A DNA stretch of 56,773 nt, from NCBI GenBank assembly GCA_030669595.1, contig DAOVDG010000002.1, positions 1-56,773 on the forward strand, written 5' to 3'. This document shows positions 33,708 through 41,874 of this stretch, one piece after another. Source of the DNA: Candidatus Thorarchaeota archaeon (GTDB lineage: Archaea > Asgardarchaeota > Thorarchaeia > Thorarchaeales > Thorarchaeaceae). The position numbers were made by a program, and so were the translations under genes. Under the pieces are notes generated by a model. The model was given only the letters and a program-made list of their open reading frames with translations, was not told the origin of the DNA and did not search any database. Numbering within the stretch: position 1 is the first letter of the stretch; every line of letters starts with the position of its first letter.

Positions 33708-35576
33708 ATGGAACGAGTCATGAAAACAACGGGTTCTCTTCTAAAAGGAAGAATGCTCGCTGCACTGTCTTTGATGCTCACACTTGTATCCATAAGCATC
33801 ATTCCATGGCCCGTACTTGCCATCTCGGATGTTCCCGGTCATGCTAACAGCGGACCTTATCTCGACAAGCTCCAGGCTCAGATAATAACCTCAGATGATT
33901 TGCAGGCTCTTGCCCTGCTAACCGACGAGATTGATTTGATTGGCAACTCGGTGCATCCCGACTTCTTCGATGCTCTGTCTAAGGCAACAGACATCGAGAT
34001 AATTCAGACTCCTCGCAACGGTTACGCCTACCTTACGATTAACACACTCAAGAATCCATTCAATTATACTTCATTTCGAAGAGCTCTCGCGTTTGCCATA
34101 GATAAGGAGGCCATCTCTGAAGAGGTGTGGAACGGATTCTCGAAGCCGCAGGACTCATGCGTACCTAGTGCTAACCCTTACTCGGTTGAAGGGCTACTGC
34201 CCTACAGCTACCATGAAGCCAACGTCGAACTAGGAAACCATCTGCTCAACGAGTCGGGATTCAGCATTAACAACGGAACGGGGTTCAGAACCGACCCGCA
34301 TGGCAATCCCTTTTCAGTGTGTCTCGAGGTTCTGCAATCATCCAGTGTGGCCATTGAGTCCTGTGAGAAGGTGATGGATGCATTTGACGCGCTTCATATT
34401 GAGGCCGTTCTCACGCTTCCTTCCTTCTACAGTTATCTTGGCCGCCTGTACGGGCACGGAGATTATGATATCGCCTTCCTTAGCAGATCATTTTGCAGTT
34501 GGCATGTCAACTGGCTTGCCTACAACTTTCACTCATACTTCGCAGATGTGCAGGGCTTCAATTATCCCAACTTCAGCAACGAAAGTCTCGATATTTGGAT
34601 AGACCATCTCCTTCATTCTGTAGATTACGATGAGGTGTACGAAGCAGCTGTCGAGATTCAGAAGATTCTGGCGTACGAATGTCCGGAGATAGTCCTGTAC
34701 GAGAATGTGATTCTGTCCGCTTACAGAACTGATAAATTTGAAGGGTTCGTCAACGACGCTAGTACTGGTATCCCCTGTTGGTGGACATACCAGAAAGCAC
34801 ACCTGAAAGCAGTAGAGTGCGGTCCGTTCGGAGGAACCCTTCGCACTAGCATGCCTCTTTATGTTCCTGGGTTCAACTTCATGACAGCCATTGCAGATTA
34901 TCCTCTGAACGGGATGCTCTACATGATGTATGATAGTCTACTTAAGCCAAATTCTGACGGCTTTGACATACCATGGCTGGCAGAGTCATACGAGGTAACA
35001 ACACATTCCGATGACTTGACAGTTCCTAAGGGCCATACCAGAGTTGTGTTTGACATTCGGAGAAACGCAACTTGGAGCGATGGTATTCCAATCACTGCAA
35101 ATGATGTTTCATTCACGATCAATTACTACCGTGACATGCCCGGCAGTCCTTACCGTCCAAGTCTATGGAACATGTCACAGGCAGTTGCGCTCACGGACTA
35201 CCGTGTTCGGTTTGAGTTCAATACAGAGTCACTTTGGCATCTGCATTCGATTGCGTACAAGCCCATCATTCCGAAGCATATCTTTCTCGAAATTGGCTTG
35301 GAGGGATGGGACAAATGGGATCCAATACCTCCAGGGGACTCCATTGTTACATCAGGTCCTTTCCTAATCTCAGACTACATCCCTGGAGATGTTTTGGAGT
35401 TCACACCCAATCCGAATCACTTCTTCTACATTTCTGGAGTAACTGTGGGACCCCCCACGCCAACAACTCCCAGCAATCCCCCCTTCGGTTCTTTTGGTTT
35501 AAGAGAGCTCAGTGTGGGAATCGTAGCTGCCGTGGTCGTGGTAATCGTAGGAATCTATTCCCTCCACAGGCGCTAG
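33708..35576 (+). CDS. ABC-transporter family-5 substrate-binding protein with a C-terminal TM anchor (paralog)
   Basis: N-terminal signal/TM segment MLAALSLMLTLVSISIIPWPVLA. PRNGYAYLTINTLKNPFN, RRALAFAIDK, WSDGIPITANDVSFT. C-terminal segment VGIVAAVVVVIVGIYSL. Confidence 0.75.
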   Translation: MERVMKTTGSLLKGRMLAALSLMLTLVSISIIPWPVLAISDVPGHANSGPYLDKLQAQIITSDDLQALALLTDEIDLIGNSVHPDFFDALSKATDIEIIQTPRNGYAYLTINTLKNPFNYTSFRRALAFAIDKEAISEEVWNGFSKPQDSCVPSANPYSVEGLLPYSYHEANVELGNHLLNESGFSINNGTGFRTDPHGNPFSVCLEVLQSSSVAIESCEKVMDAFDALHIEAVLTLPSFYSYLGRLYGHGDYDIAFLSRSFCSWHVNWLAYNFHSYFADVQGFNYPNFSNESLDIWIDHLLHSVDYDEVYEAAVEIQKILAYECPEIVLYENVILSAYRTDKFEGFVNDASTGIPCWWTYQKAHLKAVECGPFGGTLRTSMPLYVPGFNFMTAIADYPLNGMLYMMYDSLLKPNSDGFDIPWLAESYEVTTHSDDLTVPKGHTRVVFDIRRNATWSDGIPITANDVSFTINYYRDMPGSPYRPSLWNMSQAVALTDYRVRFEFNTESLWHLHSIAYKPIIPKHIFLEIGLEGWDKWDPIPPGDSIVTSGPFLISDYIPGDVLEFTPNPNHFFYISGVTVGPPTPTTPSNPPFGSFGLRELSVGIVAAVVVVIVGIYSLHRR

Positions 35577-35607
35577 TACTCCCAATAAATGTAGAGCTGA
35601 TTGCTAT

Positions 35608-36426
35608 TCATCCGATATTCAGAGTTCCGCAACTCGGGCAGACGAATTCCTCACCAGAGGCAAGGAGTTTCTGCAGAGGAGTACCACAGTGTTGGCATCG
35701 CGCTACATGAATACCATTCGACTTCAGCTTTCGCGACACCTCCGCGGCATCAGCGGACACGAACTCGTCTGTTGATGGGTTGAACCTGCCAGAAACTTCG
35801 CCGGCTCCAACAAGGTCAAAGACCAGCTCACGCGTATCCTCTTCCGAAATCTCCGAATACTTCGTAAGGTTGGCTATATTGATTCTTGGTACTGACTTCA
35901 GAACACCAAGGACTCTCATTCTGACCCCTCCATTCACTACTGGGGCCGTGAATTGCGGTGCAGCAGCGACTGGGGTTTCGGACTTCTCAATCCAAGTAAT
36001 CCTCTTCTTGAGTCTGCCCAAGGCACCTCTCTTGTAGCCAGCATATCTTCGTTCCGCTTTGAGTCTTGTTCGAGAGCTCACCTCAAGGTCTCGGAGTATA
36101 CCACACGAGTACAGCGGCGTAACGTCAATCTCCGGCAGAGGATTGTTAGTAAGTACAATCTTGCTTAGTGCAATGTGGTTTGCCAGAGGCGCCAGGTTCA
36201 ACTGCGTGAGGCGGTTGCTGCTCAAGTCAAGTCTCGTTAGTTCTGGACATTTTTCTAGTGGTGATAGATCAATCTCCTGCAAATGGTTTCTACGAAGTAC
36301 AAGCTCTCGCAGTGTGTGGCATGTCCTTAGGGGTGTCAGGTCCAGAGTCTGTAGTTCATTTGAGTATATCTTGAGCTTCCTCAGTCGGGTGAACTGCAAA
36401 AGGGGTGAGAGGTCTATGTGCGTCAT
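35608..36426 (-). CDS. Leucine-rich-repeat protein with a winged-helix-like middle domain and a C-terminal zinc ribbon
   Basis: Five to six ~23-aa LRRs: LRKLKIYSNELQTLDLTPLRTC, LRELVLRRNHLQEIDLSPLEKC, LTRLDLSSNRLTQLNLAPLANH, LSKIVLTNNPLPEIDVTPLYSC. Then INIANLTKYSEISEEDTRELVFDLVGAGEVSGRF. Finally CQHCGTPL...CPSCG. Confidence 0.7.
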   Translation of the reverse strand: MTHIDLSPLLQFTRLRKLKIYSNELQTLDLTPLRTCHTLRELVLRRNHLQEIDLSPLEKCPELTRLDLSSNRLTQLNLAPLANHIALSKIVLTNNPLPEIDVTPLYSCGILRDLEVSSRTRLKAERRYAGYKRGALGRLKKRITWIEKSETPVAAAPQFTAPVVNGGVRMRVLGVLKSVPRINIANLTKYSEISEEDTRELVFDLVGAGEVSGRFNPSTDEFVSADAAEVSRKLKSNGIHVARCQHCGTPLQKLLASGEEFVCPSCGTLNIG

Positions 36427-36720
36427 ATCCTTGCCGGAGAAATCAAGGTTGGTACTGCTGCTTCCGACACGAATTCATTTCTCTCTTCCCTTTTTGTCTC
36501 TGTAGGTGAAAGTCATCGTGACCACTGATTATCGCCTCTAGATGCTATGACATCGAAAAACCCTCTATACCTTTTGCTGTGATGAATTGCGTGGCGCATC
36601 CTAACCAAGAAAACGCCATTCCTCCACATAGTGCGCATTATCACAGCTTTTTCTCTACGGCAGAAGATTCAAATTCCCCAAAACTGGCACCGTGAGACTC
36701 AAGCAGTGGAGCGCCTAACT

Positions 36721-38268
36721 ATGTCAAAAAAGAAGTTCGAGGAGCTTACAAAGAAGCGCGAAGAAGCCAAACTTGCCGGGGGCAAGGAACGCATCGAAAA
36801 ACAGCACAAGAAAGGCAAGTACACGGCACGAGAGAGAGTTGAGAAACTGCTTGATCCTGACTCATTCGTAGAGATTGACGAGTTTGTTGTCCACCGTGAA
36901 ACTGCATTCGGGATGGACAAGAACAAGGTACTTGGTGACGGAGTAATCACAGGTTACGGCACGATTGACGGTCGAAAGGTGTTCATCTTCTCCCAAGACT
37001 TCACTATCTGGGGTGGGTCCCTTGCAGAGATGTACGGTCTAAAGGTCTGCAAAATAATGGATCTGGCGATGGAGGTCGGTGCTCCTGTCATCGGTCTAAA
37101 CGATAGTGGTGGGGCTCGCATTCAGGAAGGCGTCAAATCACTGGCCAGCTACTGTTGGATCTTTAAACGCAATACACTTGCTAGTGGCGTAGTACCGCAG
37201 ATTTCCGCCATCATGGGTCCTTGCGCAGGAGGCGCAGTCTACAGCCCCGCTGTGACGGACTTTACGTTGATGGTTAAAGAAACGTCGCACATGTTCATTA
37301 CGGGCCCAGAGGTCATTAGAACGGTGACCGGTGAGAAAGTAAGCTTCGAGGAACTCGGTGGTGCTATGACACACGCCTCCACGAGTGGAGTGGCTGGTTT
37401 TGCCAGTGAGGACGAGGATGACTGCTTCATGCAAATCCGCAAACTGCTCAGCTACATGCCGAGCAACAATCTGGAAGAACCACCCAGAATCAACACTGGT
37501 CATGCCCCTGACGACGTGGACGAGTCTATTGACGATTTCCTTCCAGCGGATGCAAACAAGCCGTATGACATGCGGGATGTTGTGACCAAGGTTGCAGACA
37601 ATGGGGAATTTTTCGAGGTGCACGAACACTGGGCCAGGAATATGATTGTTGGCTTCGCGCGCTTTGACGGGCGTTCTGTTGGAATCGTGGGCAATCAGCC
37701 GGCTCACCTGGCAGGGACTCTTGACATCGATGCATCTGACAAGTGTGCTCGCTTTGTGCGATTCTGTGACGCGTTTAACATTCCAGTCATCACATTCATG
37801 GACGTTCCCGGGTTTCTCCCGGGTACATCTCAAGAGTGGGGCGGTATTATCAGACACGGTGCCAAGATTTTGTATGCCTTTGCTGAAGCCACAGTTCCCA
37901 AGATAACCATAATCACAAGAAAGGGATACGGTGGAGCTTATGATGTAATGTCATCTCGGCATATTGGAGCCGATCTTGTCTATGCATGGCCTGCGGCGGA
38001 GATTGCAGTCATGGGGCCTGATGGTGCGATTAACATCATCTTCCGCAAGGAAATTGAGAACGCAAAGGACAAGGCAAAGAAACGGGCTGAACTTGCCAAG
38101 AAGTATCGCGAGCAGTTTGCCCATCCGTACATTGCTGCCGGACTTGGGTACATCGACAAAGTGATTTTTCCGCATGAAACCCGCCAGTTGATATGCAAGG
38201 GACTCGATATTCTCTCAAGCAAAAGGCAAGCCAGGCCGCCAAAGAAACACGGGAATATTCCATTGTGA
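36721..38268 (+). CDS. Acyl-CoA carboxyltransferase (propionyl-CoA carboxylase beta / methylmalonyl-CoA decarboxylase alpha / transcarboxylase 12S type)
   Basis: ORF 36631..38268 with the ATG at 36721 ([21 protein letters not shown]). [81 protein letters not shown]. Confidence 0.9.
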   Translation: MSKKKFEELTKKREEAKLAGGKERIEKQHKKGKYTARERVEKLLDPDSFVEIDEFVVHRETAFGMDKNKVLGDGVITGYGTIDGRKVFIFSQDFTIWGGSLAEMYGLKVCKIMDLAMEVGAPVIGLNDSGGARIQEGVKSLASYCWIFKRNTLASGVVPQISAIMGPCAGGAVYSPAVTDFTLMVKETSHMFITGPEVIRTVTGEKVSFEELGGAMTHASTSGVAGFASEDEDDCFMQIRKLLSYMPSNNLEEPPRINTGHAPDDVDESIDDFLPADANKPYDMRDVVTKVADNGEFFEVHEHWARNMIVGFARFDGRSVGIVGNQPAHLAGTLDIDASDKCARFVRFCDAFNIPVITFMDVPGFLPGTSQEWGGIIRHGAKILYAFAEATVPKITIITRKGYGGAYDVMSSRHIGADLVYAWPAAEIAVMGPDGAINIIFRKEIENAKDKAKKRAELAKKYREQFAHPYIAAGLGYIDKVIFPHETRQLICKGLDILSSKRQARPPKKHGNIPL

Positions 38269-38281
38269 GAGGCCATCCGCA

Positions 38282-39868
38282 ATGACCAAGCTCAAGATCA
38301 CGGACACAACGCTGAGAGATGCGCACCAATCGCTAATCGCTACACGCATGAGAACGGAGCATATGCTACCAATCTGTGAGAAGATTGACAAGGTAGGCTA
38401 TCATTCACTTGAGATGTTCGGTGGAGCGACCTTTGACAGCATGATGCGATTCTTGGATGAGGATCCTTGGGAACGAGTAGAAGCATTGCGTGATGCGATG
38501 CCCAATACGAAGTTCCAGATGCTGCTTCGGGCCTCCAATGTGGTCGGTTATCATATCTATCCAGATGATGTCCTTGAGGCTTTCGTTGTTGAGGCAGTCA
38601 AGGTCGGGATTGACATCTTCAGAATATTCGATGCGCTCAACGATATCCGTAATATGAAGGCCTCCATGAAGTTTGTGAAGCGAGAAGGAGGACATGTCCA
38701 GGCCAGTATCTGCTACACACTTAGCCCATATCATAGCAATGAGAAGTTCGTTGAGAAAGCAAAGACCCTCTACTCAATGGACGCTGATTCGATTTGCATT
38801 AAGGACATGGCAGGACTCATCTCCCCCGAGGCCGCTTCTGACCTCGCAACGCGCCTAAGGGATGAGATTGACATCCCAATCCAATTGCACTCTCACTACA
38901 CTAGCGGGATGGCCTCAATGGCCTATCTCAAGGCAGCAGATGCAGGTGTTGACATAGTGGATTGCGCGATATCGTCACTATCCCTCGGCACCTCACAACC
39001 GGCAACTGAATCGATGGTCGAGGCGTTGAAGGGCACGCCGAGGGATACAGGCCTAGATGTCAACCTTCTCTCTGAGATTGCAGATTACTTCAGAAAGGTT
39101 CGTCGCAAGTATTCCCAGTTTGAGGGAAGTCTCCAGGGAGTGAATCCCAAGGTATTGGTATTCCAGATTCCCGGGGGGATGCTGTCAAATCTGGATAACC
39201 AGCTCAGAGAGCAAGATGCTCTGGACCGATATGACGAGGTTTTGGAGGAAGTTCCTCGCGTGCGTGCGGAGCTCGGCTACCCTCCGTTGGTGACTCCATC
39301 TAGTCAGATTGTGGGAACTCAGGCTACACTGAACGTCATAACCGGGGAGCGTTACAAGATTATACCGCATGAAGTTAAGCAATACGTTAGGGGGTATTAC
39401 GGACGACCGCCCACGGAGATTGACTCTGATATCAAGAAGAAGATAATCGGGAATGAGGAGCCCCTGAAGGTGCGCCCTGCTGACCTGCTCCAACCTGAGT
39501 TGCCCAAGGCAAGAGCGGCGTTGAAAGACACCCCCCACCTGCCTCGAGATGAGGTTTCGTATGCATTGTTTCCGCACTATGCACTTGACTTCTTGAAGCG
39601 AAAGGCGAATCGTCTTGCGCTTGGCGAGATGACGGAGGCACAGATGATTGCCATAATCGCCTCTGTACTTCATAGCAGTACCGCAAGCATAGGCGGCATA
39701 TCCTCGTCCGGTCTGCGTGGTGATGCATGGGCACTTGCTGGCCGTAATGACCTGATGGACGGACAAACGGTTGAGTATGGTTCTGGCAAATGGGAACGGG
39801 CCGAGTCTGCTTGGACTTCGGCAGGAAGAAAGACCCTGATGAAAGGCAGGCGACAGGGGGGTCCATGA
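38282..39868 (+). CDS. Pyruvate/oxaloacetate carboxyltransferase (oxaloacetate decarboxylase alpha / PycB / transcarboxylase 5S type) lacking a fused biotinyl domain
   Basis: MTKLKITDTTLRDAHQSL, LEMFGGATFD, FRIFDALND, IKDMAGL, LHSHYTSGMA. It ends in a Gly/Ser/Arg-rich tail. The stop overlaps the next start (ATGA at 39865..39868). Confidence 0.85.
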   Translation: MTKLKITDTTLRDAHQSLIATRMRTEHMLPICEKIDKVGYHSLEMFGGATFDSMMRFLDEDPWERVEALRDAMPNTKFQMLLRASNVVGYHIYPDDVLEAFVVEAVKVGIDIFRIFDALNDIRNMKASMKFVKREGGHVQASICYTLSPYHSNEKFVEKAKTLYSMDADSICIKDMAGLISPEAASDLATRLRDEIDIPIQLHSHYTSGMASMAYLKAADAGVDIVDCAISSLSLGTSQPATESMVEALKGTPRDTGLDVNLLSEIADYFRKVRRKYSQFEGSLQGVNPKVLVFQIPGGMLSNLDNQLREQDALDRYDEVLEEVPRVRAELGYPPLVTPSSQIVGTQATLNVITGERYKIIPHEVKQYVRGYYGRPPTEIDSDIKKKIIGNEEPLKVRPADLLQPELPKARAALKDTPHLPRDEVSYALFPHYALDFLKRKANRLALGEMTEAQMIAIIASVLHSSTASIGGISSSGLRGDAWALAGRNDLMDGQTVEYGSGKWERAESAWTSAGRKTLMKGRRQGGP

Positions 39869-40389
39869 TGAGTCCTGAGTACGAAGTCAAACTTGCCGAT
39901 CGCGGTTACACCGTGGAGGTGCGGAGGTTGGACGAGGGAGGGCTTCTGATTGTTAAGCTCGGTTCTCAGAGTTTTACGTTGAAGCCAATGCTCAATGATG
40001 ACGGCTCATGGACCGTCAGTGACACGGCGGCCAATCATAGCGTCAAAATCCTGAAGAAGGCCGGCAGCAAGGTTTCTGTGGAAGTGAATGGTCAAGCTTG
40101 TGACTTCGAGTGGGTCCGAGTTCGTAAACAGGACGAGGGCACTCCCAAGACCACTTCAGCATCAGGCTCAAGAGTAACTGGTGGTGTATATCCGCCAATG
40201 CCTGGCAAGATTAGTGAAATACTGGTCAAGCCAGGCGATGAGGTGAAGAGCGGCCAGACTTTATGCATACTCGAAGCAATGAAGATGTTCAATGAATTGA
40301 AATCGCCTTCCGAGGGCACCGTGAAAGAGGTCCACATAAAGGCTGGCTCCAGCGTAACCCAGAGTTCTCTTCTAATACTCATTGAGTGA
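39865..40389 (+). CDS. Biotin carboxyl carrier protein (1.3S-like biotinyl subunit)
   Basis: ORF 39790..40389. The ATG at 39865 overlaps the upstream TGA. C-terminal biotinyl domain: PMPGKISEILVKPGDEVKSGQTLCILEAMKMFNELKSPSEGTVKEV. The EAMKM lysine codon is at 40282..40284. Confidence 0.85.
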   Translation: MMSPEYEVKLADRGYTVEVRRLDEGGLLIVKLGSQSFTLKPMLNDDGSWTVSDTAANHSVKILKKAGSKVSVEVNGQACDFEWVRVRKQDEGTPKTTSASGSRVTGGVYPPMPGKISEILVKPGDEVKSGQTLCILEAMKMFNELKSPSEGTVKEVHIKAGSSVTQSSLLILIE

Positions 40390-40400
40390 GGCTGCTCCAA

Positions 40401-41567
40401 ATGAAACCTGTCTATGTCGTAGGAGTTGGCATGACCCATTTTGGAGTGCTAGAGGATTCGATTCTTGAGCTGGCCGAGAACGCTGCATATGAAGCAATGG
40501 AAGATTCAGGCACAATCGAGCACAAGTTTGATAGGATTGTAGTCGGGTCCCAGAATCCTGACGAATTTACAGGAATGGGTCATCTGTCAACACTTCTGGC
40601 TGACCGATTAGGGATGGTTCCTGCAGGAGCGACGCGGGTAGAAACAGGACCTTCATCCGGTTCCAGTGCTTTTGAAGTGGCCTATGCATTTGTCGCGGCT
40701 GGACTGGCTGATCTAGTTCTTGCGATTGGCGTCGAGAAGATGTCGAGCGTTGATCGCGGAACGGCTTCTGGTATCCTCGCCAAGATGATGTCGTATGAGA
40801 ATGAGACTCGATATGGTGCAACGCCTACTGCACTTGCTGCTATGGTAGCTAGACGCTACATGCATGACTTTGGACTCACCAGAGAAGAGCTATCCTTGGT
40901 GCCGGTGAAGGCTCACCGAAACGGGGCAAAGAACCCGTTGGCACATTTTCGGAAAGAGGTTTCAGTGGAGAAGGTCAGCAATGGCCGTATCGTTTCAGAC
41001 CCTTTGACACTGTATGACTGTTGTCCTACAAGTGATGGGGGTGCAGCTTTGGTTGTCCTGTCCAAAACCAAGATGAGGGAACTTGGATGCTCTGACAGAG
41101 CCATCAAGGTACTAGGTGTTGGCCATGGCACCGATTTTCATGCTGTTCAACATCGTCTTTCTCTCACATCATTTGGGGCAACAGTTGAGGCGGCCCGGAA
41201 TGCGTTCAAGATGGCCAACCTCCAGCCGAGCGCCATTGATGTAGCTGAGATTCACGATGCATTTTCCATTCTTGAACTTGTGAATATGGAGGACATTGGA
41301 TTTGTCGACTCCGGGAAGGCTATTGGCTTGGTCCGTGATGGTTCGGCTCAAGTTGAGGGTGATTTGCCAATAAACCCCAGTGGAGGTCTCAAGGCTCGGG
41401 GTCACCCGACGGGCGCCACTGGCATCGCTCAGATTCGTGATGTGGTGCTCCAGCTCAGGAATGAATCACCAAATGGACTGCAGGTCGACTCGCCAGAACT
41501 AGCACTCACTCATAATATCGGGGGCTTTGGAAACAACATGGTTGTGGCAATCTTCGGAGTCACCTGA
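40401..41567 (+). CDS. Thiolase-fold protein (SCP2/archaeal thiolase-like) lacking the canonical nucleophilic Cys
   Basis: ORF 40386..41567 with the ATG at 40401 (MKPVYVVGVGMTHFG). LYDCCPTSDGGAALVV, INPSGGLKARGHPTGATG, THNIGGFGNN. Where thiolases have VEAACASG, this protein has VETGPSSGSS (Pro codon at 40650..40652). Confidence 0.75.
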   Translation: MKPVYVVGVGMTHFGVLEDSILELAENAAYEAMEDSGTIEHKFDRIVVGSQNPDEFTGMGHLSTLLADRLGMVPAGATRVETGPSSGSSAFEVAYAFVAAGLADLVLAIGVEKMSSVDRGTASGILAKMMSYENETRYGATPTALAAMVARRYMHDFGLTREELSLVPVKAHRNGAKNPLAHFRKEVSVEKVSNGRIVSDPLTLYDCCPTSDGGAALVVLSKTKMRELGCSDRAIKVLGVGHGTDFHAVQHRLSLTSFGATVEAARNAFKMANLQPSAIDVAEIHDAFSILELVNMEDIGFVDSGKAIGLVRDGSAQVEGDLPINPSGGLKARGHPTGATGIAQIRDVVLQLRNESPNGLQVDSPELALTHNIGGFGNNMVVAIFGVT

Positions 41568-41874
41568 GAGGACTTCAGCACCACCTAGATTCCAGTTCTC
41601 GGTGCTTTAATTCCCGTGGAAGTTAGAAGAAAGTTCATCCACCATTTTCTTATTAGTAACCTAGAGATTCGTCATTCTGTTAGAACGCTCATAGGACTAG
41701 ATGAGTGCGCATCCTTAAGCCGTTGCGCAGCGGGGATTTGACGAATCGTTCTAAGCCTGCACTGCGAAGACGCGCAGCAGTGGACGCCTATGAGGGAGAC
41801 GCCCCCGTTAATTGCCTCTCTTTTCCTATTGTGTTACATCCATGCGCTCAAGACAACATGGAGATGAATGAAAG

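Noticed and set aside
37138-37857. 239-aa minus-strand ORF inside the carboxyltransferase gene. Similar internal ORFs lie at 54353..55045, 43838..44536, 44753..45307 and 47501..48103.
   Set aside because: All lie wholly within plus-strand genes that carry strong family motifs or form one very long ORF. None shows a recognisable motif of its own.
41568-41874. Mobile-element boundary (att site, tRNA, integrase) for the 12-kb cluster
   Set aside because: I could recognise no tRNA-like sequence, integrase or transposase ORF, and no direct repeats shared between 41568..41874 and 53815..53875. The insertion idea therefore rests only on the interrupted thiolase/DUF35 pairing.
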